Positions 20,091-32,409 of a stretch of DNA of 64,000 nucleotides are shown here, one piece after another (positions within the stretch are counted from its first letter, which is position 1; each line of letters begins with the position of its first letter). The notes under the pieces were generated by a model. The model did no database searches. It had not been told where the DNA came from and saw only the letters and a list, made by a program, of their open reading frames with translations. A program made the position numbers and the translations under genes. The DNA is from Marsupella aquatica. Taxonomy: Eukaryota > Plantae > Marchantiophyta. Where the stretch lies: the NCBI GenBank assembly GCA_973895155.1, contig OZ316891.1:24737899-24801898 (forward strand), given 5' to 3'.

Positions 20091-21011
20091 CGGTGCAAGG
20101 GCGCCGTTCCTTTTAGGGAGGGCGGACGTGGAGGGAGGAGGCGTGAGTGGGCAGGGCGGGCGCGGATCTCCACGTTTAGGATTAGGATCAGAACCAGGAG
20201 CGGCCCTGACACTTAGCTTAGTGGGATTGCGGTCCCACTGGTAGGAGCAACACTTGTGCTCCTGCCTTGCTGTACATAGGTAGATTCGGGCAAGTAGATT
20301 ACTGTTAAGTAGATTAGGCTTACGATGCAAAGAATGACGGATCCACTACCAGGATAAGTACCTGGGCTGCGGGGAGCTCAGGGCCTCTTCTTTAGCAAGT
20401 TTTTAGTTTGCACCAGCCGGGCTGGGATCAAGTAGTACGAGAAGCTCTCGGTTAGTCATACAGTGACCCTTGTGTATATTCATGTTTCCTCATGCCTAAG
20501 AGCTGAATAGAGTTGGCCTCACGGCTTAGTTCGCAAAACTTGTGTATGAGATGTACTATTTGTATGGCAAGTGCATGGTATGACTCAGTCAGAATGAGTC
20601 ATTTTGCTATTTGTGTGTCGCATTAACTTGTGTGAAGAGTGCCCACATCAACAGAAGGAAGGAAAGTAAGTAGGGGAGTGAGAGTTGGATGTGTCGAGCT
20701 GAGAGAGGTCTTAGCGGCTTAACCAAGCCTATTGGGGATCATTCCGGCGGCGGAATCCAAACATACCTAACAAGACGGAGGGGAAGACAGGGGAAGACAG
20801 GGGAAGGCCTATATTAGGCCGGCTACGTATCTCATGACCCGATGAAGGATCTGTCCAGTATATGTGTGTAAAATGTTAATAGTAGTAGTAGAAGGTTAGC
20901 AGCGTCCCATGCCGCTAAGCCGCGGAAACGGCCTCGCCAAGCACGAAACCTGCGGGAACCGGCTTGAGCTGGGGGGTTTCTTGGGTTTAGGGAGCCATGG
21001 GACGCACCACA
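16491..21011 (+). repeat. Element A third LTR (LTR-A3), lacking the first 139 bp, joined directly to the CA end of LTR-A2
   Basis: GTAAGGCTGAGG at 16491 matches LTR-A1 at 1132; ends GCACCACA followed by the TSD. Confidence 0.95.
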
Positions 21012-21016
21012 GGCGT

Positions 21017-22502
21017 CTCCAGATGCTGGTAGAGCACCTCGAGGAGGAGGCAACGACCCGCCGCGAGGATTTAGTCCGCACTGTCAAACAGAGGGACGGA
21101 CTAACCCAGGAGTTAAGCGGAGTGCAGGCCGAACTCAAGAAGTTGGACGACACCGTGCTTCAATTACGCTCAGAATCTTCGGCTCGGGTTACCAGCCTGA
21201 CCGACCTCAACAAACAATTCCTGCAGGCAGCACAGCAGGTGGCTAGTCTCTCCGCCGAACGAGATAAATTGCTAGCGCAGGACCAGGTCCATCGCGACGC
21301 CATCAACCAGCTCAACTTGGAGGTGGCGCGGCTCCAGACTGAAGCCAACAAAGCTGCAAACGAGGCGGAGGAAGCATTACGGGACAACAAGGCTTTGCAG
21401 GACCGCGTCACCCTGCTCGTCCTCCAGCGGGGAAAACTTGGGCCCACCTCTGATCAAGGCGGCTCGAGGTCTCGCCCCGACAAGGGGACCAGCCCTGGTC
21501 CAACCACTGCACACACGTAAGGGGTAGTTAGCGAAGGGTAGAAGCAGGCGCCGCGCGAGGCGGTTAAGTCAGCGGCATCTTTTAGTTAGGCGTAACGACA
21601 GAATGACTGTCATTAGGCGCTGATTAGCGGCAGTAGGAAGAATTAGGGCCGGTCAGTTAGGATAACCCAACGTAGGATTGAGTCCATCAACGGACTAGAG
21701 GTTGTCAGTAGGCTTGGCCGCCGCCATTCCGGTTGGCACACTCGTAGTCGGCGGTCAACCGATCAGTACAGCGCGACCGGTAGTCAGCAGTTAGTTAGTT
21801 AGTAGGTAGTACCCGGAAGGTAGTATCCTCCGGTTCTCTCCGCTATGGTAGTATTTAGGCTTCCCCTTCCGCGATGGGAAGGGGGAGAAGGCTTAGTTAT
21901 CTCAGCAGAAGAAAGGCGAGGCACGGGGAGTCCCGGCCTGAGTAGGGTCAGAGCGTACTAAGGAGTGAGAGCCAGAGTCGAGCTTGCTGGGCAAGTGCGA
22001 GGCAGGGCCTCGTAGAGACTGGGCATCGACTGCCGTTGGGCCTGCTGACCCCCTTTGAAGTCGAGTCAACCATGTAAACTGATGCTTCGCTGAGTAAATA
22101 TAGTCTTTTCCCCTTAAATATTTCTGAGAGTAACTGGTGTTGTGTGTATGCTTTGTCCGGGCAAAGGCGCCATTTTAAGGGACGTACCGGGTGCGGACTA
22201 ATGGTAGGGATTGCCACTCATTGCATGTCACAAGGTCCTGTCACGTCGATGGCTTGAAAAGCCTCAAGTCGGGAGTTAGTCCGCGTCACTAACTGAGGGA
22301 AAATTCCAGCGGTGGAAAATAAATATACCTATGACAAGTACGAATTATGCGAGTGTTATACCAGTAAGTATAGCGGCTTAGCCCGACTTAGGGTTATTGA
22401 AGGTCACTACACACCTCCTTGCCCGAACCCTCACCCCTACTGGTGGTCGAGGTCGCACCACGACACTAACCTGGATTTAAGGCCCAGGGTAGGGGTGCGA
22501 CA
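21017..22502 (+). repeat. Element B 5' LTR, right part
   Basis: Matches ~30924-32409; ends GGTGCGACA like the 3' LTR. Confidence 0.95.
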
Positions 22503-22519
22503 TACGGCGACCAGTTTTT

Positions 22520-22536
22520 TGGCGCTAGATGGAGGG
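22520..22536 (+). other. PBS of element B (tRNA-Asn-like), 17 nt from the LTR end
   Basis: TGGCGCTAGATGGAGGG, identical to the PBS of A and D. Confidence 0.8.
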
Positions 22537-22616
22537 GGCACTCATTTTGCCTTACGAGTGGAGCCGTGTAGTGAGCTAGTAACTTTTGATTTTGTACTCG
22601 ACGTGAAGGAAGGGGC

Positions 22617-25600
22617 ATGCCCCTTACCCGGTCACGTTCTGCGTATTTACAACAACCGGACGGAGCATCAAGGTTGGAAGAGAATACCGCGACCGGCAAA
22701 GCGGGGAGCTCGGCTTCCCAAGCAGGATCGCGTGTTGTGATGGGTACCCAAGCACCGATCGCGGGAGGAACTCCACCGGTTCCACCAGCCCCGCAGGTAC
22801 CAGGTGCGTTGCGGCCCCCTGCGGCTCAGAACGTGTCGCAGCGATCCCGGTTTCACTATTGACCCTTTAAGGGACGACCCACAGACGACCCTGATGAATG
22901 GATAGCTGAGTTCGAGGCCACGGCCAAGGCGAATGGTGAGGAAGCCATTAAGCTAACCATTCTTCCAGGCGTACTACGAGGAGAAGCGCGCCCGTGGTAT
23001 AACTTACAACCCCCGGGTTGTACATGGGGCCAGTTCCAAACGGCGTTCTTGCAAGAATTTCGGCCCGTCGGGATCGAATCTCGGGCCCTGTCAAAAATCG
23101 GGCGAATGCAAATGGGTAAGCATGACTCACTTCGCAAATTTCTGCAGCGGTTCCAGAAGGTTGCCGCCAAGATTCGGCCTAAGCCAGATGACTCTCTGCT
23201 GAGGAAATGGTTCGTCAACGCGCTACCCCAGAGGATGGCATTCTCGGTACTAGAAAAGAAGACCACCACTCTACAGCAAGCAATTGATAGTGCCGAATCC
23301 TTCAGGGAATCGCACTACGCCTCTCAGCTTAATAGGAGGACCAAACATAAGAAGAGCAGGAGGTATCATACCTTCAGCGACTCCGACTCTGAGTACGACG
23401 AGAAGAAGAGGAGGAAGAAACGACGACATAAGAAGAAGGGCCGGACCAGCTCTTCGTCAGACTCTGATTCAGAGTCTAGTGATTCCTTGTCTAGTAGCCC
23501 GACGTCAACTGGCTCATCCTCCAGCGAGACCGAGTCAGAGTCTCGAAACCACAGAAGAAAGAAGGGATCACGGTCAGATACGGGTAAACATAAACCGCGA
23601 GCCAAAGTCGTCACCACGGACCCAAAGGCTGCGGAGGTAGAAAAGCTGAACAAAATCACAGACCGGCTGAAGGCACTATCGGTGCACTTGGCGGAAAAAC
23701 CTCCGGACAAGAAGAAACCACCAGAAATCCGAGCGCATGCTTGGTGCTCCAAGTGTTATCAGTCGGGACATGTGGTGCAAGAATGTCCAAGATGGAACAC
23801 TCGCGTGCACCAGATGGAGTTGGAGCCCGGACAGTCCGAGCCAGAGGGATGCACGATGGAGTACTTCTTCGAGGATCCAGGTGAGGCGGTGTTCCAGATG
23901 AGTATGACGGGACCTCGCACCCTAAGCGGCCACAATCCAGGGTTCCATATCCCTTATCCGTATCCGATAAATGGGCGTGGCCCCCAGATGGTCAGCAATC
24001 CAAGTATCCCACCTAAACCCGGAGTTTGGCGGACCCCGGTTTGCTATAATTGCGAGAAACCTGGTCACTTTGCCCGAGAGTGCACGGAGCAAAGGAAGCA
24101 AGGGGATGGGAGAGCGCTTCCATTGTGCCAGGTCTGTCAAACCGAAGCACATTCCACGTCAAACTGCCCCTTGGTGCTAGCCGCGAAGGCCGGCGCCGTC
24201 AGAGCTGCTCAACCTGCGGCCCCACCAATTATGGATGCAGTAGTACAAATGGTAACAATGGAATGGCAGGACGACTCCACCGAATGGATTGATCTCATAG
24301 AGGCAGTCGAGCAAACGGGAACGCACGCGGACGACGAGTGCTATCGCGTTTCTACCCGATCATCCCGCAAGAAGGATAAGTACAAAGAACGAGATCGGAA
24401 GGATGCCCAGCAGAAAGAGGCGGTCGCAGATAAGAATAGTCCAATGGAACCAGACGAGCTGGAAGACTACCAGCGGGATAACCCGAAGTTATTCTACCCA
24501 CGAGTAGAGGAACTGGTCAAAAAGCAATTGGAAGCCTACGAAGCCCAAGAGCACGAGAAAGCCATTAAGAAGGATATTGCCAATGCTAAGGCGGCCGAAG
24601 AAGCCGAGGAAGCTGAGACTGCCTTGCAAACGGAAGTCAAGGGAGCAGAAGCAGTAAAATCTGCGACCCCACCGTCTAACCAATACGACATCAAAAAGGA
24701 TGTTCAAAACTGTGCAGCCACAGCCACTGTCGGACAACTATTGCAGGATAACCCGAAGTATAGGCAACAACTCAAGGAGATGCTGATAGGAAAGAGGAGG
24801 CGACGGCTACCTCGGGTAAGCACCTTAGCCGACTGTATGATGATTTACCAGGACTTAGGAGCGCCGGAAGTCTCTATCAAGATAGCGGGCTGTACTGTTC
24901 GGTTTGTACCGATAGACGGCGGGTCCGGTGTAAACATCATGACAGAGGACACTTCCGTAAGGTTGGGATATACATCTTATCAACCCACGGCGCGCGCCAT
25001 TCGGTTAGCAAACGGCGCCAGGATCATGCCACTGGGGACGTTAACCAAGATATCCACGTGGATTGGAGGCCTCGAGTTCTTTCTAAATTACCTGGTGATG
25101 CGACCCGTCCGACCCTCTTCTTACCCAGTACTGCTGGGCAGACCCTGGTTATACGGTGCCCGAGTCGTTACCGACTGGGGAAGGAAGGAATTACGATTCG
25201 GTAACCCGACTACGACGGTGTCCTGGAAGGAAGACTACCAGGGCGAGACGCCCCAGGGACCCAAAGAATATGACTCGGAGGAGGACATCTCAGAAGAAGA
25301 GGTGAATATGGTGGAGTTAATCTCTCGCCTGGATGAAGAGGAAGTCTTCGGGGTAAATGCCGTCCGAGAAGCCCATATTCTGAACCAGCCCAGACCAGCG
25401 GCCCAAATCGAAGCACCCGGGAAACCAGAAGGAGATGATGCGGCAACGGGCGGAGCATTCCCCGGTAGGGTGAGCCCTACGAAGGCAGTTGGCCGGCTGG
25501 CCTTACCCGGTATACCCGAGGAAAACGCTACTCAGACCGTCACTCCTCCCGCAAAGAAAAAGGTTACTTGGAGCCCCGAGATTCCGTCCGTAATAAAGGA

Positions 25601-28600
25601 ATCCAAGGAACTCCCAAAGGACCAGCCGACAGTCTGGGAACCTGTGGCCTACGATGGCACCAGACTAGAGGAATTGGAAGCTCACCTCAACCGGGCCACC
25701 AGAGACCATGTGGAGGTAATCCGCAAGGAATCCTATGGCAGGTACACCACCAAGAGGGAGAGAACATTCAACGTCGGTTATGGCCTACGAGCGCCAGAGG
25801 AAAAGGCCATCCAAGAACTCCTATCGGAATATGAGGACGTCTTCGCATGGAGTCACCGAGACTTAACCGGGATTTCACCGGCCTATGGCGAACACGTCAT
25901 CGATCTAAACTTGGGTGCTCATGCCGTCCGAGAAAGGCAACGAAGACTAAACCCAAGACATTCCATCTTGGTAAAAGAGGAGTTGGATCAACTGATCGTG
26001 GCGGACATCATCTACCCCGTCTTATCTAGCGAATGGGTGTCCCCCATTGTGGTGGTTCCTAAGAAGGTAGGGCCTGATGGTAAACCTAAAATTCGAATAT
26101 GCCAAGACTATCTGAAGCTCAACGACGCTACTCGGAAAGACCATTACCCGCTACCTTACACGGATATGGTCCTTGACATGGTAGCCCGAAATGAGGTGTA
26201 CACGTTCCTAGATGGATATTCGGGTTATAACCAGATTTGGATCAGACTATCGGACCAACTCAAAACCACGTTCATAACCGAGTGGGGAACCTACGCGTTC
26301 AGGCGGATACCCTTTGGCTTATGCAATGCCCCGGCTATGTTCCAGCGAATCATTATGAATATTTTTCATGACTTCTTACGAGAATTTTTGGAGGTATTCA
26401 TAGACGATTTTGCCATCTTCGGAACAATCGCCCAGCACCCAGAACATCTGAGGTGGACTTTGGAGCGGTGCCGGGAAGTAGGGTTGAAATTACACCCGGG
26501 CAAATGCTTCTTCGGGGTAACGGAAGGAGTGCTACTTGGACACCGAGTGTCCAAACGGGGGATCAAGGTGGATCAGGAGAAGGTGGCCGCATGGATGAAT
26601 GTCCCTTACCCAGCGGACCAGAAGGCGGTGCGATCCTTCTTGGGCTGTGTAGGATACTACCGACGATTCATTCAGGATTTTGCTAAGATAGCCCTACCCC
26701 TTACGGAAATGATGAAGCAAGACGCGGTCATAGAAATGACTCCCCGTCGAAAATCAGCCTTTGACGAACTAAAAAACCAGCTCACGATGGCTCCGATTCT
26801 GACTACCCCCGATTGGAACAAGGAGTTCCATGTGTATGTCGACGTGTCTGGGTTCTGCATCGGCTCAGTCCTAAGCCAACTGGATGACGAAAAACGTGAC
26901 CACCCCATTTACTTCGCGAGTCGACAACTGTTTGCTGCAGAGAAAAACTATTCGCCCACCGATCGGGAGGCCTTGGGAATCATCTACTCGTGTAAAAAGT
27001 TTCGCCATTATCTATTGGGGTATAAGGTAGTATTCCATACTGACCATGACAGCCTGAAGTACATGGTAAACAAAGCAGACTTAACAGGGAGAATAGCCCG
27101 TTGGGTCCTGCTGCTCCAAGAATTTAACTACGAAGTCAGGGTGCGACCAGGCAAAGCTCACGTAAATGCGGACTTCTTCTCAAGGATCGAAGGGGAGTCG
27201 GACGACGCACCTGTCGATGATGCATTTCCGGATGAGGAGTTATTCCGCATAGAAACGGACCAACCAACATGGTATGGGGACCTAATCACCTTCCTCTTAA
27301 CGGCCCGCATTCCAAGTAACATAAACCAAGAGGCCGTGTCGGTCTTTCTCTGCAAGGCCGCACCATACATGATGATCAGCGGACATCTGCATAAGGAAGG
27401 CGTCGATGGGAAAATCCGCAGATGCCTAGACTATAACGAGACGATCATTGTCATGCGAGCTATGCACGAGGAAGAGGCAGGAGGACACTTCGCCCCGGTC
27501 ACCACGGCTCACAAAATCTTGGACGCAGGTTATTGGTGGCCCACGCTTCATCACGACGTAGCCCATTTTATCCGAGGGTGCGACTTATGTCAGCGCGCAG
27601 GCAAACCTCACAGATCGGGTACTCATCCTCTAACTCCAATCTTTCCCCTTGCCCCGTTTGAGAAATGGGGCATCGATTATATCGGACCATTCACTCCAGT
27701 AACCCGAGGTCGGCGTTGCCGGTACATCCTTCTGGCTATCGACTACTCGACTAAATGGGTCGAGGCCCGGGCAACGGTCAAGGATGATGCAGCCACCACT
27801 GCCAGGTTCCTGTACGAACAGATCTTCACCCGCTTCGGACCTCCCTTGGAATTAGTCAGCGACCGCGGGGCTCATTTTTTGAACGAAATGGTGGAAAAAC
27901 TGACTAACCGTTACCTCGTCAAGCATAGGAAGACTACTCCTTATCATCCCAAATGTAACGGACTAGCAGAGCGGGCTAATGGCATTGTAGGGAAAATCCT
28001 CAACAAAACCGTGGTAGCCCACAAAACAGACTGGGACGACAAGCTTTTCGCGGCGGTCTATTCGTACAACTTGGCGTTCAAAACCACTACAAACCATAGT
28101 CCGTATTTCTTGGTATTCGGACAACATGCGCTAGTACCCGTCGAGTTCAAGGTCGAGACCCCCCGGGTGCGCATCCGCCACAGACTATCGGAGGCCGCTA
28201 GTTCGTCCGATCGAGCATATAAGATCGACAGTCTAGAAGAACACAGATTGTGGGCATCGCAACGCGTGGCAGCTAAGCAAGAAGAAACGAAGAAATAGCA
28301 CGACAAGGGACTGCACCAGGTGGAGATCACTGCGGGAGATCTTGTCCTTCTGTACGATAGTAGGTACATGTACTTTCCAGGAAAGTTACACACGCTGGCT
28401 AGGACCTTTCGTTGTCCAGCAGATGTACCTGAACGGATCCCTACAACTATCGACGTACGCCGGCGACCTCTTTCCCAATCGAGTTAGTTACGATCGTGTG
28501 AAGAGGTACTTTCATCAGGACAACGAGCGTAATGATGTTCGCGAGGACGCTTCACACTTAAGTGGGGAGCTATGTGACACGGGTAACGTGTCACTTGACC

Positions 28601-28620
28601 GAACCCAGGTCGTAGATTAG
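22617..28620 (+). pseudogene. gag-pol: Element B single-frame gag-PR-RT-RH-INT polyprotein, disabled (TGA 22860-2, TAG 28296-8, frameshift near 28390)
   Basis: 22617..22862 and 23049..28298 share a frame; three CCHC knuckles, VPIDGGSG, FIDDF, WGIDYIGP; C-terminus VREDASHLSGELCD is in a shifted frame. Confidence 0.92.
28558..28572 (+). other. PPT of element B
   Basis: TTAAGTGGGGAGCTA before TGTGAC. Confidence 0.85.
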
Positions 28621-31600
28621 GACTTATACGGTCATTAGGACCGTAGCCATAGCGTAGAATAGCACGTATAGCCGTCAAGTTGCCATTATGATTAGATTAG
28701 GAGTAGGTTAAGATAACCGAATAATTACGAGTTCAGGAAAGGGATTATTACGCACGACCGAGGTACGGTGGCGGCAGCGGAGTAAAAATCAGTTAGAAGA
28801 ATCACGCTTGGATCGAGACGCCGACTTCAGCTCGTTATCAATGACCAAACGGCCTGACCTTCTCACGCTCGGGCTCGTCCTGGCACCTCCATAAGAGAGG
28901 AGCCGATGGCACTACGGGCCATTCGCTCACGTTTACCTTTTTGGAATTCACGGACGCTGCCATCCGCTCGCCTTTTCGATTGAATCCAGTCGACCTTTAC
29001 GAGGAAATTATCGAGGGAGAAGAGCGGAATGTGGCGAGATTTAGTCAGGATGAGCGAGGCCTCCGCGAAAAAGGACCAGCCAGGTGGGAACATGGACGCA
29101 ACGAACCGGACTACGAGGTTAGTATGACCCTCACAGCCTTGGGATTTTGGACCTTGTTTGGCGAGGTAGGTGCTAAGTTCTCCGAGACTTACTGGTACTC
29201 TTGCCCCGAGAAAGCCGCTTACGAACGAAGGTACGCGAAGCTGGTAACCAACGTAGCACTGGTTAATTGCGAAAGGACAGCCATCACCAGGGATTCTAGC
29301 TATAACGAGCTGCGAGACTACATCACCGAACTATATCTCAGCGAGGAAGGGCTTAGATCGGTAGCAGAGGTGATTCTTGAGGTTCCAGCTAAGTTCTTTA
29401 AGCTGAAGGGCAACCAGCGGCTTACTCAAGCGGAGTTCGACAAGATTCCGGGGTACCTAGACCAGCAGATCGCAGCCGAAAAGCGCCAAGAAGACATCAG
29501 CAGACAACGGGAAGCGGCGCGTAATCTCACGTTCCTCAGGGAAAGCTCCAACGCCTTCAACTGGGATATGGCTACCCCAGCGCCTCAACCGATGACCACC
29601 GGAGTACCGCCAAACCAGTCCCAAGTCCGTCCAGTAATCAACGCGGAGTGTTCTTCGGGTTCCGAGCGAGCTAGTCTGCAACTCGAACAGCGTCCTCGTA
29701 AGCGGTCAAGGACTACGACGGCCCCCGAATCAACACGGACCGACGCCACGCCTGCACCTGCCCCGGCAAACCCCCCGGCCAACCAGACCCGACGGCCCCC
29801 GGATAACCCGAAGTCCAACTTATTACAGGTAATCCGCGTCCCCGAGGTAGTCTAGATTGCGATCAAGAAACTCGAACATGCGGACTATCTCAAGGAGCAT
29901 CAGTTGGAGCGGTTCGCCCACTTACTATGGAGGCCGTGCGCCGCCGGGCCGAAGGAGATTTGTGAGTTCATCTCCAATTTTGACACTGATGCGTCAACCA
30001 CCAAGGTTTCGGGGCAGACCTTATCACTCACGGAGCATCGGTTAACGCAAATTTTTGGCCTACCAACCGGGCCGGTGCCAGTGGAAATCCGAATTCGGGA
30101 TAAGGAGTATACGCCGCGGCACTTCAAACCCGAGGGTAAGACGGACAACGGATACAAGCAGGGGGCGTGCACCAACTTAACCTGTATGGAGCGGCTTAAC
30201 TTCATATGGACTACCCTACACATGATTGAGCCACGATCCAAGATTTCCCTCTGCACGATAGTGCAGGTGGAACAGTACAAACGACGAAACTGGGCCCAAT
30301 TCTTCTACCGAAGATTCTCGGGGGAGCTGAAGCGGGCTCAGGGTGGTATGGCTATTGGAGGGAAGACTTACTTGGGGAGTCATATCGCCATTATCCTCGC
30401 CTGGTACAAGGCACGACGGGAGGCCAGAGGAAAGAATACGGCCACCTCAGCCCCGGGTAATGACACCCCCGCCCAAGAGGAGGCAACCCCGACTACGCGG
30501 ACTGCTGTCCCTCGGACAAACCCCGAGCCGGAAGCCCCGACTAATACTCCGCAACCGCACCCTGCGGAAATTCCACCGCCTCCTTCCGTTGAGCCTCCGC
30601 TACCTGCAGTACAACCACCCCCAATCCCTCCACCACCTGAAGAAACCTTCCCCTCCCCAGCGCTGACTACGGAGGAGCTCATTGCCCCTGCCGAGGAACC
30701 ACCGGTACCCGAGAGGATGGAGGACTACCAAGTAGCCCCGGGGACCATGGCCTACGACCTGGTCCAGAAGTTTAGCCAGACTATGTCTGGGGAGTTGGCG
30801 ACATACATCGGACAACAAGTCTCGGCGTACTTTCAGCCAACCTTCTTCATGTTAGAGCACCAACCACGGATCGTCAGCCGCTTGGAAGAAGAACTCATGG
30901 CGAAGGGGAATGAGATTGGGCGTCTCCAGATGCTGGTAGAGCACCTCGAGGAGGAGGCAACGACCCGCCGTGAGGATTTAGTCCGCACTGTTGAACAGAG
31001 GGACGGACTAACCCAGGAGTTAAGCGGAGCGCAGGCCGAACTCAAGAAGCTAGACGACACCGTGCTTCAATTACGCTCAGAATCTTTGGCTCGGGTTACC
31101 AGCCTGACCGACCTCAACAAACAATTCCTGCAGGCAGCACAGCAGGTGGCTAGTCTCTCCGCCGAACGAGATGAATTGCTAGCGCAGGACTAGGTCCATC
31201 GCGACGCCATCGACCAGCTCAACTTGGAGGTGGCGCGGCTCCAGACTAAAGCCGACGAAGCTGCAAACGAGGCGGAGGAAGCATTACGGGACAACAAGGC
31301 TTTGCAGGACCGCGTCACCCTGCTCGTCCTCCAGCGGGGAAAACCTGGGCCCACCTCTGATCAAGGCGGCTCAAGATCTCGCCCCGACAAGGGGACCAGC
31401 CCTGGTCCAACCACTGCACACACATAAGGGGTAGTTAGCGAAGGGTAGAAGCAGGCGCCGCGCGAGGTGGTTAAGTCAGCGGCATCTTTTAGTTAGGCGT
31501 AACGACAGAATGACTGTCATTAGGCGCCGATTAGCGGCAGTAGGAAGAATTAGGGCCGGTCAGTTAGGATCAGCCAACGTAGGATTGAGTCCATCAACGG

Positions 31601-32409
31601 ACTAGAGGTTGTCAGTAGGCTTGGCCGCCGCCATTCCGGTTGGCACACTCGTAGTCGGCGGTCAACCGATCAGTACAGCGCGACCGGTAGTCAGCAGTTA
31701 GTTAGTCAGTAGGTAGTACCCGGAAGGTAGTATCCTCCGATTCTCTCCGCTATGGTAGTATTTAGGCTTCCCCTTCCGCGATGGGAAGGGGGAGAAGGCT
31801 TAGTTATCTCAGCAGAAGAAAGGCGAGGCACGGGGAGTCCCGGCCTGAGTAGGGTCAGAGCGTACTAAGGAGTGAGAGCCAGAGTCGAGCTTGCTGGGCA
31901 AGTGCGAGGCAGGGCCTCGTAGAGATTGGGCATCGACTACCGTTGGGCCTGCTGACCCCCTTTGAAGTTGAGTCAACCATGTAAACTGATGCTTCGCTGA
32001 GTAAATATAGTCTTTTCCCCTTAAATGTTTCTGAGAGTAACTGGTGTTGTGTGTATGCTTTGTCCGGGCAAAGGCGCCATTTTAAGGGACGTACCGGGTG
32101 CGGACTAATGGTAGGGATTGCCACTCATTGCATGTCACAAGGTCCTGTCACGTCGATGGCTTGAAAAGCCCCAAGTCGGGAGTTAGTCCGCGTCACTAAC
32201 TGAGGGAAAATTCCAGCGGTGGAAAATAAATATACCTATGACAAGTACGAATTATGCGAGTGTTATACCAGTAAGTATAGCGGCTTAGCCCAACTTAGGG
32301 TTATTGAAGGTCACTACACACCTCCTTGCCCGAACCCTCACCCCTACTGGTGGTCGAGGTCGCACCACGACACTAACCCGGATTTAAGGCCCAGGGTAGG
32401 GGTGCGACA
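28573..32409 (+). repeat. Element B 3' LTR (3837 bp)
   Basis: TGTGACAC...GTGCGACA; repeats the interrupted 5' LTR. Confidence 0.93.
28941..31427 (+). pseudogene. Element B LTR-encoded ORF (~830 codons), two in-frame TAG stops (29853-5, 31191-3)
   Basis: ORFs 28941..29855, 29904..31193 and 31224..31427 share one frame; the 5' copy has CAG at the second stop; homologous to the D LTR ORF (FGLP, DNG, HMxEPR, IGGKxY, SHIxIILxWY, ARLQT). Confidence 0.88.

Larger units (their letters stand above)
993..21011 (+). mobile_element. Element A: Ty3/gypsy LTR retrotransposon, LTR-internal-LTR-LTR, 4.6-kb LTRs
   Basis: Starts TGTGATGCC (993), ends GCACCACA (21011); TSD GGCGT at 988-992 and 21012-21016; empty site GGGCGTCTCCAG near 30920. 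Confidence 0.97.
1..32409 (+). mobile_element. Element B: Ty3/gypsy LTR retrotransposon with ~3.84-kb ORF-containing LTRs; 5' LTR starts before the window and is interrupted by element A
   Basis: 1-992 plus 21017-22502 match 29932-32409; PBS at 22520, gag-pol, PPT at 28558-28572; 3' LTR runs TGTGAC...GCGACA. Confidence 0.95.

Noticed and set aside
993-21011. 4.6-kb repeats as segmental duplication or assembly error
   Set aside because: Boundaries coincide exactly with TG/CA, PBS, PPT and a 5-bp TSD, and the copies carry independent substitutions
20909-21520. 203-aa ORF as a separate gene
   Set aside because: Chance fusion of the end of LTR-A3 with the C-terminal remnant of B's interrupted LTR ORF
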